Shown: positions 46,633 through 59,112 of the stretch, piece after piece
Layout of the letters: each line of letters opens with the position of its first letter
Numbering within the stretch: the stretch's first letter is position 1
NCBI GenBank assembly: GCA_048013815.1
Contig: CM106586.1
Coordinates: 14,136,001-14,200,000 of the forward strand
Reading direction: 5' to 3'
Source of the DNA: Setoptus koraiensis
Taxonomy: Eukaryota; Animalia; Arthropoda
DNA length: 64,000 nucleotides
The notes under the pieces: generated by a model
Told to the model about the DNA's origin: nothing
Database searches by the model: none
What the model saw: only the letters and a program-made list of their open reading frames with translations
Translations under genes and position numbers: made by a program

Positions 46633-48535
46633 ACGGTGTTGCTGTTGTCATGTTGCGTCTGTTGTCGCTTGTGTGTGGCCGAAAATGTCACAATGACTCG
46701 ATGACTCGATGATGCAGCCTCGCGGCACGCTCGCAATCGATGCCAGTTTACGACTGACACAAACGAAATCTGTGTACTTTGGTGCTTGCTGGCAAATTGA
46801 AAAGTTTAAACAGGTAAAACTGACATTTAACTGACGTGCACTTTTCAACTGTTCACTTCCGGTCTGTTCACATCAGCTGAGCGGCTCACCTGGCGCGCCG
46901 ATAGTTTGTCCGGTTGTTTGTTGTTGTTGTTGTTACGTTGACCGATTGCTGCTGTCGATAATTAGATGATTAATTGGTTTTTTCGACAGAACGCCACTAA
47001 TGAATTCGGCCCGGTGCCTATATTTAGCATCATTAATTATGTATTGACTGTGTGCGTGTGTGTGTATAACTGTCAACAACTGACTGTTTTGACCATCGGC
47101 CGACTGACTGGTCAAATGCGGGCCCGGTTTCGCTTGTCTGGCGCATTCAGTCACGCAGTGGGGCTCTCTCGTGCACTCGCCAATTGCAACTATCCGACTG
47201 ATTGATATTCGCTTCGTGCTGGCAACGGATGATGGCCGCAAATATCCAAGAGCAAAGTGGGCACCCATTTGCCCGATTTGATCGGGCGCGCAATCGTGCA
47301 CATGCGCACCGCGCGACTACCCGCGGCGCTGCACACTGTGCCCGCCGCTGTTCACTGTACGCTGTTGTGCCCGCCGCTGTTCACTGTTCGCTGATGTGCC
47401 CGCTCGCCCATCCGCCCGCGACTAACTCGGCCACGTTAGTAACGGACCGCTAGCAACGGGCCGCCAGCGACGGATCGCCAGCAACGGGCCGCCAGCGGCG
47501 GACCGTGTGCATGCTCAGTCAGTGGCACGCTTTGTCTCACTGCTGTGCGCCAGTGGCGCTCCGTTAACTGTATTTACTCGCCGGCGCCGGCCGCCAGCGG
47601 AAGTGGCACAGCTTGGTGCGCGCCATTGCCAGCAATTTGTTGTTGATAAGATTGTTATAAGAAGCCATTTTAGCCAAACATTGCGCAACAACAAGCGCTA
47701 TTTGCACACCGTCATCAGATCGTATGCCACTATCGGATTGGATTCAATTCCGGTGCGCTCATTGGGCAGGCCGCAGTCACGACCGCGCCCGCGAAATGCG
47801 CCCGCCAATTGCGTTAGTTGGGCCCGCTCGGTAGTCCGGCCGGCGCTCTCCGGATCGCAAGCTGAGTTTCGCCCGCCCGGCCGGTCAGTCGGACCGCCGA
47901 GAAGCCGGCCCGCCGAGAAGCCGCCTCTCAGCGCCGCGTTTTTCAGTGCGCCGTGCGCGTTTTTTGCGCCATTGCGCACAGTTTCCGCATTGCGCCGTCG
48001 GCATGGGGCCAGAGTTTGTTTAGCGGTGACTCGTTTGTTTGCTCTGGCGCTTGTGTCACTTGTTCGGCCGCGACGCTTGTGTGTCGCCTGGCGATCACTG
48101 TTGATCGCAGCAGATTATATATATACTTTATTGTGTATTTACAGTCGGAGAATTCGCCTCTGTCGAGCTGCTGTCGAGCCGCTGTCGAGCCGCTGTCGAG
48201 CTTGTGTCGCCAGCGACGAGAGAGCAAAAAATGCTCGCACAAGCATCAATATTAATGGACATCGGAAGCTGCCAATACTGTCACCCGAACACCGGAAGTG
48301 CCGACGTAAATATGGCGCGGCTACTCGACGCGCTTCAGCACTGTTTGACGGCACAGCGACGACACACGAATTGGCGCGGCTCGAACGGGCCGGCTCGACA
48401 ACTCAACGGCTCGACAACTCAACGGGCCGACGACTCAACAGCCCGACAGCAACTGTTGGCAGTCGCCATCGATGCGCTCGCCGATACGACGCCGGGCCGG
48501 CTGTTCGGTCGCATTCCGTCGGTGGCGTTTCGTCA

Positions 48536-48600
48536 GTCTCACTTTGTCAGTCTCACTTTGTCAGTCCCAATTTTGTGAGCCTCACTTTGGCAGTCTCACT
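48536..48600. repeat. 14-bp minisatellite x ~5
   Basis: tcagtctcactttg and variants. Confidence 0.88.
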
Positions 48601-51600
48601 TGGGCGGTGGTCGGCTCAGTGCAATTGAGCGATTTTTCAAACGACCGATCGGCCAGATAGCGTCGTCACGAGCCAGCGCCCTGGCCTACGCTGGCCCGAC
48701 AATGACGCCAAACTGCGCCACGGGCCGGATAACTGGCCCACTGGCACAGGCTGACAGACAAACCGAAAAAGAGCGCGCTTCTTGGGCCCGACTGTTTTTC
48801 GGGCCCCTTGTTTGCACTGCTCGGGCGCTCGCTGACATTGGCTAACTTAGCGGCGCTAAGTCAACAAGCGCCCCTGGTGACTGGTTGCCGGTCACTCGAC
48901 GGCGATCCGCAAGCGCGACACTCACATCGGCCCTACGTGACCCCTATTTAACTGGGGCCCGACATAACCTATCGGGCCAATTAGACAACATTTGCACGAC
49001 GACCAAAGCCAGCATGAGCATTATAAGGTGCCAGTGTCGAGATTACACAGCCGCATTGGCCGGCTCGAGCATTCTAATCGCGACGAATAATCACATAATC
49101 TGGCGATCTAGACCGGTGGGCCAAGCGAAAACAGGGACATGGGCCATTGGACCATCGGGCAAAACAGTTTGTACTTTCGGCGACAATCAACCCGGGCCAA
49201 TCCGTGCGCCAGCTCGCTGACGCGAGATTATCTGCTCGCGCTGATCGACACTCGACACTGGCAAATTGTCTTCGCTCGTGACCTAATGAGCGCCCTCCGT
49301 TCCAACAAGTTGCAACATTTTTTGCCGAAACATTTTCTGGCAAAAGCATGCACTGATTTTCGGTATTCAGAGCTGCGAAATCACTGATTTCGGCGCTCTG
49401 ACTGGTGTGGCCGAAAATTTCGCCACCTTCGCGGAGAAACTTTCGAAATTCGGGAAACTTTTTCTGAGAAACTTTCGAGTTCGCAGAAAAATATCCGCCC
49501 CTCGCCCGTGTGTCTCAGCACATTAGACTCTTAAGATTAGAGACGGGCCTCTCGGCTGTGGATCGTCCACAGTGGGTGCCATGCAAATCGCTTCAACAGC
49601 CGGCCATTGACAACTGCATTCACTGTATTTATTTTTGGCCATATCCATTCCATAACTGATCGCATTTGTGCTCTTTGCGTTTCGGGCTCAAAGTTTTTGC
49701 TCGAACTGGAAAAATGCGAACAGTTTGCAGCGATCGAGTCCTCGTGCAACGGGCGCGACGCTGACGGGGGCCAAAAACTCTTTTTCTTTCTGTTTGGAGC
49801 CGCTTCTTTCTGGCACGAAAACTGCACCAATGACAGTCGCTCAAGCGGCCCCTTATCTGGGCACTGGCCGAAAACTGTCCGACTGCTGCAAATAGTCGGA
49901 AATTAAACGAATTTGTGCGTGCGCAAGCCGGGGATCGTTTCGTTGCAGTTGCTGTTTTTGGTTTGTCTGTTCGCTTGTTTTCGGCAGCGCACGCCTAATA
50001 TCTTTAAAATATCCTGCCATCGGCTCAACTGAAGCGTAACACATATCCAATGCGTCGTGTACGGTCAAGACGGCGTTTGTTTTTTTGAGCAAATCTAACT
50101 CATGTATGTTGTTTACTTCAATAATTGAGCACTGGTTTTGCCTGTCGAATCTCGAAGCCGACAATCATTTGAATTGTCGCCGATTTATCCGACTGACCGG
50201 CCAGATTTATCCAGCCAGCCAGCCAGCCGCATTTTCTGCCAAGTGATTGGTGCAGTTATCTGTGCGAATCTGTGCGCCCCCGACCGACAGTGGCCCTCGC
50301 ACGATCATGGGCGATCTGTGCAGCCGGCGGTTCGAGCCGGCGTATAATCTCTTTTTAATCTGGAGCCATCTCTCAGCGAGACGAGATTATTATTTCTTTT
50401 GATTTGCGCTGCGCTTGCATTACACAACTTGTATACGCGCGTGATATATGATACGAACATGTGTAATAATGTTGTTGTGCCACACACAATGACGACAAAA
50501 TATACCGTTATAGCCGCCGGTTGAGCCAACACCAAATGCAAAAACAAAGAGACGAGAGAGCACCAAAAGCGGAAGTAGCAGTGTCGTCATTGTGGAAATG
50601 TGTGCCTCACCGGAAGTTGCCCCGATCCATATTTAAATTTGTGTGTGTGTGTGTGTGCTCGCATGTGGGGCCAGTGGGGCTCCCACTGGCGGCGCGGGCC
50701 CAAATTGTGAATGGAGAGATTGATTAAAGTGAACTCGCTGGCTCGTTGCTGGCGCCCAAAGGGCGACGTGTGAGACGGGCGGGGGGTCACGTGTATGACG
50801 ATCACGACGACAGCCAGCACAATAAAATATAATAGACACAACAACATTACTGTATATACACAGTTCAGGCACAAACAGTGGCAAATTATCATTAGATGAC
50901 AGGCCGGCGCGGCGCCCACTAAGGCGATCATCATTAGTTTGCTGATGAGGCCCGAGCAGCGCAATAAGAAAAGCGATCCGGCAAATCCGGCGACACTGAC
51001 TGGATATCAGTGGCCGGCCGGCCGGCCGGCTTGCCAACTTTATCCGCGCCACTAACGAGAAGATTTGGCCGCCAGTTTGTGCGAGCGCCGGCGCTTGGCC
51101 TCGCATTGGCCCCACAAGCCGGCCGCTACAACCGCCGGCGGGTCGTGTGTCGGCCCGCTGCCAGGGGCCCCTGGCCCGAAATCATTATTAAACACACACA
51201 CACACACACAAAGCGGAGGATTCATTAATGAATTCGCTATCAACAACATGACAACAGCGACATGTAAAACTACTGTCACTACCGTTACTTTTTCGCCACC
51301 ACCAACTAATAGCGGCTCGGCCGCGGCTTGTGGGGCCACTAAATAATGGCCAGCACACACACACACACACACACAAACATCGAGTGCTCTATTTTTAGGC
51401 TCACTCAATGTCACGACAGTGCGGCTGTATTATGTAACAGCGGCCATAATCATGTTAGCGCCACAGTGACACCGTTCACTGTTCGATGTCCGCGGACTGC
51501 AGACTGCGGACAGTGCGGCGTGTGTCGCAGCTATTTAATAGCTCGTTACATAACATATGCTCGCCTTAGAGCCGCTTCGATTCCAACCGATGACGGTGAC

Positions 51601-53752
51601 GGTCAGAAACAAAGTTTAGCGCCAGTTTAAAACTATAACCTCGGTGGGGCGCGCAAACAGCCAGCGCATTTGCTTGAGCATGTCGCTGGCAAGCTAGCTG
51701 GCCAGCGACATGGCCCCAATGGCCACACAATGGTTATAGCCAAACTGACTAAACCAAACAAAGCTAAACAAAATCGCGCCCCCGCGCTTCATTGTTGTGC
51801 CCGCAACTTGCCGCAGAGCGGACAAGAGATGGCAGTTTTCTGATCCTGTAACTAAGCGCACCTTCACTTTGCCAGCGCCGGCCCGCCTAATGGGGCCCCG
51901 GCCCCGCTCAGCCGACAAACTACAAACTGGCCCACTGCTGGCCGATATTTAAGTGCCGCCCGTCTCAGTGTGCCCTCAGTTAACCACTAAGAGGTCGCAC
52001 CATTTTAGTGGTCAGTTTTACTGGTCCTCTGACTACTCTCGCCCGAGACTCGCCGCTCTACTCGCGGTCTCGAGAGTCTTGTGGCTCTCGTGGGTCTCGT
52101 GGGTCTTGGGGTCTTGGGGGTCTCGCGAGTGAAACTAGTCACATGTTTCGGTCTGCTTAATGGTCTTATTGTATAGGATTACTTCGTACCGGTCACCGGT
52201 GTGTCCGTGTGCAATATTATTGATTCGCATTGATCGACTCGGGACACAACACTTGTGCGCCCGATGATCGGATCTTAATAATAAGCAAAGAGGCCACTTG
52301 CCCCACAAAAACACCAGACTCCCCCCCCCCATTTGGCGAGAACAACCGGTCGCTCAATTAAATCCGACAAACCGCCCAAACAATAGCGTTATTTGGGCCG
52401 CATTTGGGGGCACTTAACAGAAGAGGCTCACAACTGTTGGCCGAGATTCTCGCAGTTTTTCAGCAATTTTTGTGTTGCAAAAAAAAAGTTTACTTTAAAT
52501 CCATTTAAGCTGGGATAAAGATATTTTCTTACCACAGCCGGTCAGAAATATTAGTAAAGTAAATATTTTCTTTCGGTCCTAAACGCAACTATTTCGGACT
52601 GTTTCCTTTAAAATGTAGCAGCTCTGAGCAGCTCTGGAATCCAATCCGTTCTCCCAGAATATGAAGTATACATTGCTTCTGGCCTTTGTTCGAAAGATTT
52701 CGTTTGTTGGCCTCGTTTTCTAAAGTTGTGAGAATCAGGTGAATCACAAGATATTTGTAAGAATTGTGAATATTTGTGTATTTGTAAGAATGGTTTATCG
52801 GTATAAATTTTCATGACCATTTTACGGGAGACGTGTACATTGAATCAGCAGGACAACCACTGTTGACAAGTTATCATGCAGTGGCAGTTTATTTGATTGA
52901 CTCATTGGTATTCTTTGTTGACTGCTCCGCTGTCACTTGTCGCTCGTGCATAATATACTGCTAATTATATTACGTCACTTCAGTGTACAAGCTCCTGTTT
53001 GTGCCGAAATGATCATCAGCAAATGAACAATGTTTCAGCTTGAAACAAAGCTCATAGTTTTACTATTGTTCTAATCGTGTGATATAAGCGCAACCGGAAG
53101 CGCTTTAATATAGTCAGCACAACAATAAGATAGTGCGCAACAATGGTCGACGAATGATAATGACGTAACAAGGGATAGATTTTTGGTGCGCCACACAAAA
53201 TGTGTGGGCCTTGTTGTTGGGTATATCCATCAATATGATTGTACCTGTTTATTGTTTGCCGATTGTTCCAGTGAAACATATATTATCTCTTACACTTGAG
53301 GATAGGGATTACTTGGAGACTGCACTGAGTACAATTCAATCATATCAATAAATTATCCCGTTTTGTCACAAAAGCTGTAACTGATTTATGTTGTATAATG
53401 ATAAATACTATCCATTGTAAGTATAATGCAGCTGGCACTAAAATATGCATTCATGACGAAGTGTCAGAAATTTGCTCGAAACAATCGTCAACAATGTGCC
53501 ATCAATGTCAACAAAAATCACTGATGCATGGGGTTTTACGCAATAAAGACAAAAGATACACACATATTTACTATGGAGAAAGTGGTGGACTAATGAACAG
53601 CATGATAATTAGTGCTATTACGAGCTCAAATTGTTGTTTATAAACAGTGACGATGAAAGAGAGTTCAGTACAGGTAATCAGTTAATTACTGCTACTATTT
53701 GTACTGATTGATATCAATCTAGCTTTGCTCTGCTAAACTGGCGCATTCCAGG

Positions 53753-53790
53753 TATATAAGGCGAATGGTTATTGTCATCCGACATCAGAT
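53753..53790 (+). promoter_or_regulatory. TATA box plus Inr-like element of the Gly/Met-rich gene
   Basis: TATATAA at 53753-53759, TCAGA about 31 nt downstream, ATG at 53911. Confidence 0.65.
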
Positions 53791-53910
53791 CACAAAACAA
53801 GTCATATCAAGCAAGTGACAACTTAAATAGAATTCAATCAAAACATAAAACCAAATCAATTTCCACATTTCATAAAAATCAATCAGCTTCTATCAAACTA
53901 TCGATTCAAC

Positions 53911-54679
53911 ATGTATAAGATTTTCATCGTTATTGCAGCTTGTGCCGCCGTTGCTTCGTGCCGTAAGTATTCTATTTGAACATCTCTGAGAAAAAGGTAA
54001 TCTCAATGAGAACAAGAGATTGAAATATCTCATTGTAACTAACATTTATTCTCTCTCCCTCTCTCTCCCTCTAAACGACAAATCAGGTCCAGGAGGCGAA
54101 GAAGGAAGCTGTCCTATGAGCAGGATGGGCGGACAAAGCGGTCAGATGGGGGGCCCAGGCGGCCAGATGGGAGGACCAGGCGGTCAGATGGGCGGTAGCC
54201 AAGGTGGTCAAATGGGAGGACCAGGCGGCCAGATGGGAGGACAAAACGGTCAGATGGGAGGACCAGGCGGTCAAATGGGAGGACAAGGAATGATGGGCGG
54301 TAGCCAAGGTGGTCAAATGGGAGGACCAGGTGGTCAAATGGGAGGACAAAACGGTCAAATGGGAGGACCAGGCGGTCAGATGGGAGGACAAAACGGTCAA
54401 ATGGGAGGACCAGGCGGTCAGATGGGAGGACAAAACGGTCAGATGGGAGGACCAGGTGGTCAAATGGGAGGACAAGGAATGATGGGCGGTAGCCAAGGTG
54501 GTCAAATGGGAGGACCAGGCGGCCAGATGGGAGGACAAGGAATGATGGGCGGCAGCCAAGGTGGTCAGATGGGAGGACCAGGCGGTCAAATGGGAGGACA
54601 AAACGGTCAGATGGGAGGACCAGGAATGATGGGCGGTAACCAAGGTGGTCAAATGGGAGGACCAGGCGGCCGAATGTGA
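53911..54679 (+). CDS. Secreted Gly/Met/Gln tandem-repeat protein, 214 aa (exons 53911-53962, 54087-54679)
   Basis: Signal peptide MYKIFIVIAACAAVASC; phase-1 GTAAGT...CAG intron; then RPGGEEGSCPMSR and (GGQMGGP/GGQMGGQNGQMGGP/GGQMGGQGMMGGSQ)n; AATAAA at 54981. Confidence 0.9.
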
Positions 54680-55628
54680 TGTCTAGGAACCCATAAGAAA
54701 ACTTTGGTTGAGTTGGGTGACAAAAAAAACTGGATAACTTCAAGTGGATTTGATCATCAACAATTAGTAAATGTTGCCTAGAGAGAAACAAGTATACTAG
54801 TAAAAAGATGAGATTTTCATGTCAATTCAACATCATATAAATGTAATTGATAAAAGAAAATTGTCATTAATAGCATGAGGAGTTTTGATGAAAAAATCGC
54901 TTGCGCACGCGAAAACCTCAGTGGGACATCATCATAGATTGTGCTTCGTTAACTTTTTGTCATAGCTGACTCAATTGTAAAATAAAAAACCACAAAAAAA
55001 GATTATACAACATTATGACCATCATAACTGTCTTCAGGTGACATTAGTTCATGAGCAAATCATCGGGACAAAACAGAAATGAACATATCGCGCGATATCG
55101 GTTTTGAGTTTCCCCTTGCCAGTGGCGTGGTTGTTGTTTGGTCAGGGTTGGCTAATCTCGTCTCGGAAACAAGATAAAATAAAAAACAGCTTAAGTGTAT
55201 ACCTGTGAGAGTACATTTGAAAAAGGAAATTCGCCCAGCTATGTAGGCCATTTCGACTTTTGGCCAACTTTTGCACCATGGCAACGTGCACCATTGCAAC
55301 GATTGCATTGTTCGAATGGAGTGCACCGGAAATGACCGGATTCATCAAGCAGTCATCAGTGTGGCAGATAATAATTTATCCCAACCAACTGTAACTGCGG
55401 TGAGCAGCTTATCTGTGGCCCGTTCTAAACGTTCCCGAATTTCAGATAGAATCTTATCTATTTTGTGCCTGGTAAATAGACCGAAATAGATACAATTGAG
55501 TGCAGCCGATAAGAGTGCCAGTGAAGTGGTGGCTCAGTGTAGATCATTGAGACAAGCCTGACAGGCCGGTGACATAAAATGTCGTTGCAAGTCGACAGCA
55601 CATTACATAACACTGAGAGAACATCGCC

Positions 55629-55728
55629 GGAGCATCAAGTTCGGAGCTTCGAGTTCGGAGCTTCGAGTTCGAGGTTTCGAGTTCGAGGTTTTGAGTTCGA
55701 GGTTTCGAGTTCGAGGTTTCGAGTTCGA
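55629..55728. repeat. 14-bp minisatellite x ~7
   Basis: gagttcgaggtttc / gagttcggagcttc. Confidence 0.93.
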
Positions 55729-56880
55729 AGCCTATCGATGGAGCTGTCACGAGGACCTATTAGACAATCGTCTGGCAATGACGTGGATAACAACTTGGAT
55801 GGCTGCGCAATTGCACATTTTTCACATTGCTTCACATGGGGATTATTGGCGATTGTAGCCGGCCCATATTATGCAATTGCCTAATTGTGTGTCGCCGAGA
55901 GAAGTGACGAAAAGTCACAGTGACAATGCGCCAAAGTTTATCCCATCACACACAAAAGTCGCCCTGCTCATGGCCTCAAAAAGCCCACAAACCCCAAAGA
56001 GCCCGCGAACCGCGCAAAGCCCACAAAGCCCGCTAACCTCACAAATCCCGTAGGCCCCGCCGTACCCTGCACGGGGCCCGATGCGCGCACTAAGGCCGGC
56101 CCATAAGTGTGCTGACGTGCTTACATGACGCTCCGACGCGCCCAATATTATTAAGAGAGCGCCGGGCACCAAATTGGCCCGACAACAATTAAGTTTGCGC
56201 GCACAATTGCTCGGATGTATATGTGACGATTTGTGATTAGAATATTGATCATCACGCTCGAGCGCTCGACCGGGCCCCGGCTGCGACAATGAGCAGCGTA
56301 ATAGCGCACCAACAACAACAACAGCAACAACGACAGCAACAACAATGATTAACATGACTAAATGACTCACGACTATCACTGTTCGTGACAAAGCAAACAA
56401 TTGTTGATGTTGTTTGCATAATGAGGGCGCCCGACTGCACAATTTCATATCACAGCACAGTGAGGCTCAGTGAGGCACAGTGGGGCCCAATAATGGCGCG
56501 TAATCACGGCGACTCGCCGCTTGTCGCTAGAATATTGTCGGGCATAGGGGTTTGTGTGGCTAATAAAATTAATGACGACGCACCGGATTGTTTTGTTGTC
56601 GCGAATTTGCCGAATTTCCAGTTTAACTGTTATTGTGCCGTCGTGTCACAGCGAGCGGTCAGCGGCGCAGCGCTAATTTCACCTCTTTGAAACACTGATT
56701 GGGCGGCGACAATTTGACAATTTGCCAACGAGCCAATTGTGACAATCGGCCAATTGTGACCATTCGCCAATCGCCGATTGTGTGTCGACCAATTGGCCGC
56801 GGCCGACAATTGAACAATTGGCGCCAGTCGGCCGGGCCGCGGGCCCCCACCAAAGCCGTTCGAGAGCGGCCCGATTGGAT

Positions 56881-56935
56881 GGCCGGCACGGACGATTGGG
56901 AGGCCGCACGGACGATTGGGAGGCCGCACGGACGG
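56881..56935. repeat. 20-bp minisatellite x ~2.7
   Basis: ggccgcacggacgattggga. Confidence 0.92.
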
Positions 56936-58383
56936 CCATTAACGGGAGTAGTTATGTTGCAACATTGGAGAGCTAGCTGGCGTCTATTCGAGTCGCTGTC
57001 GTTCGTCATGGGCATGAATTAAACTTTCTACAAACTTTCTGTGCACACACTGTTATACAGTTGCCAATGATTAATTCTTTGCTTTGGGGCCACTCACTGG
57101 CGATGTCTAAATTCTTTTGAGTTTTGTCTTATTGACTATTGTGCGTGTCGTTGTTGGAGTGGTCAGCGATGGCAGCGGTGGCCCAAATAGTGGACGATGG
57201 CCGCCGAGTGGCGCGCCAGTGGAGAGCGCACAATCTTTGCGATTGCAGTTATTGCAGTGATTGATGATGAGCGCGATGATTCATCATGGCTTACAAACCA
57301 AGAGAGTCCAATTAAGCCGATTGGGGCGCCACTGGCCATTGTCGAGAGGTGCCCGGCAAGCATTGTTGGCCGCCTAGTAGCTGCTGCATCTCATGACACG
57401 ACTTTAATAATGATAACAATAATACCAAGACGGCCAACCAAGCGAGCGGCTAATGGTATCATTATTGTAAGCGAGCGAGCGAGCGAAAGAATCAATTCAT
57501 TTGCGTGTCTTGGGCTTTTGGGACTTTTCAGCCGGGCCGGTTACATCGTCTTGTGTGTATCATCTGATACACACATATCTATAAGAAGATGTATAGAAGA
57601 ATTGCGAGAATTATCATAATAATAATCTCGCTAATAACAGTTATGGATTGAAAATACATAGCCCTGGCGAGACTGGCGTACTGTAATTGGCGGGCTTTGC
57701 AGCGGATAGCAGTGGGCAGCGACACTTTGCTGGCTGAGCGCCACTACACTGATTATAACAAAAATCATCAATCATTGCCGGCCAGACACGTACGCCTCGA
57801 CATGTATCACTGCTACTATGTGACTGTGCGTGTAGTGGACACACGTGATGATGTATGTTTGCATAAACGACAACCACCGCTGATCCGCAATACAATGTAA
57901 GTAGCTTGCCAAACAACAATCGCCATACATGACACAGAACGCGGCGCTAATCAATGGGATCATGTCGTCACTCTCGTGCGCTGATTATCATTTGCGACTT
58001 GCACTCGAACAATAACGCCAACAACAACAGCGACAACCACAAAAGCACCAACAACAACAAGCCTAATGCGCGATAATGCCGTTGCCGCGAATGACAGCGA
58101 ACCAGCCTTCGGGTTACGTAACATTTTGGCTTGTTGTAACGCTAGCCAACACAAACGCACAGTGACCAGCGAGGGCCATTCTCTTGGCGGGCCCCGTTCG
58201 GCTCACTTGTCACAAACTGTGTATGTTTATATTTATGTTTATTTATTTATATGTCAATAAATGACAGACATTGACTATGTGGCCGCGTACGTGTGCGTTG
58301 TGTATGTAAACACAATCAATCATGCTTAGCGATATCGCTTGATTCTCTCTCTCGGGCGACTCTCGGCCTAGCCGCGAACCTCT

Positions 58384-58460
58384 GATTCTCTCACTCTCGC
58401 TACGATTCTCTCACTCTCGCTATGATTCTCTCACTCTCACTCTGACTCTCTCACTCTGAT
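58384..58460. repeat. 20-bp CT-rich minisatellite x3 plus decayed copies
   Basis: gattctctcactctcgcta(c/t). Confidence 0.9.
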
Positions 58461-59071
58461 TCTGTCGTGCTCGTTCGCTCGATCTCTCGGTCTGTGAGGT
58501 GGCCAGCGAGCAGCGCTAATTGCCAGCACATATTGCGTGCATGGTTAGCTGGTTTCTTCGATCGATATTCTCGGTGTCGCACACGGGATCGGTATCGCGA
58601 GCGGATTGGTATGACAGCACAAATAAGAGAGAATTGATGTATGGCATTAGCGGCGCCCACAGTGCCGCCACGATGACCAATGATGTTGATGATGATGATA
58701 AAGATGGATCGTTTGTACGTATTCAATCGGCGGCGCCAACTTAATCCAGCCCGCGACTTGGCTCGCCAATTCCGTTCCGTCGACGAGCATTTCGGGCTCG
58801 CTCGGCTCGCATTGGCTTGGCTTGGCTCACTGCGGTTAGGATCGGATCAGTTCGGCGCGGCGCGGCGCGGCTCGGCTCGGTCCAGTTCGCCTTATTCGGC
58901 TCGGTTCGACTGGCATTGGCTCGCGAACTGGACCAAGATTCGCAATGGCCTCGAGATTCGCACAAGCGAACGACTGATTGTGTGCAACTGCAAACAGATA
59001 GACGGATAAGTAGTAAACAATGACAATTCTTTTGTTCTCATTTGCAAGCCCCTTGCAGGCTCTATAAATAT

Positions 59072-59112
59072 TCTGACGGAGCAAGGCCAAGATCGCCCCT
59101 TGCTCCGTCAGA
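59072..59112. repeat. Perfect inverted repeat, 15-bp arms, 11-nt loop
   Basis: tctgacggagcaagg-ccaagatcgcc-ccttgctccgtcaga. Confidence 0.95.

Noticed and set aside
47507-48628. 373-aa ORF
   Set aside because: No true ATG start, Arg/Ala-rich, threaded through several minisatellites; a typical GC-rich spurious ORF.
54083-54791. Antisense repeat ORFs (SSHLT..., VLPFDH...)
   Set aside because: Shadows of the Gly/Met repeat gene on the opposite strand.
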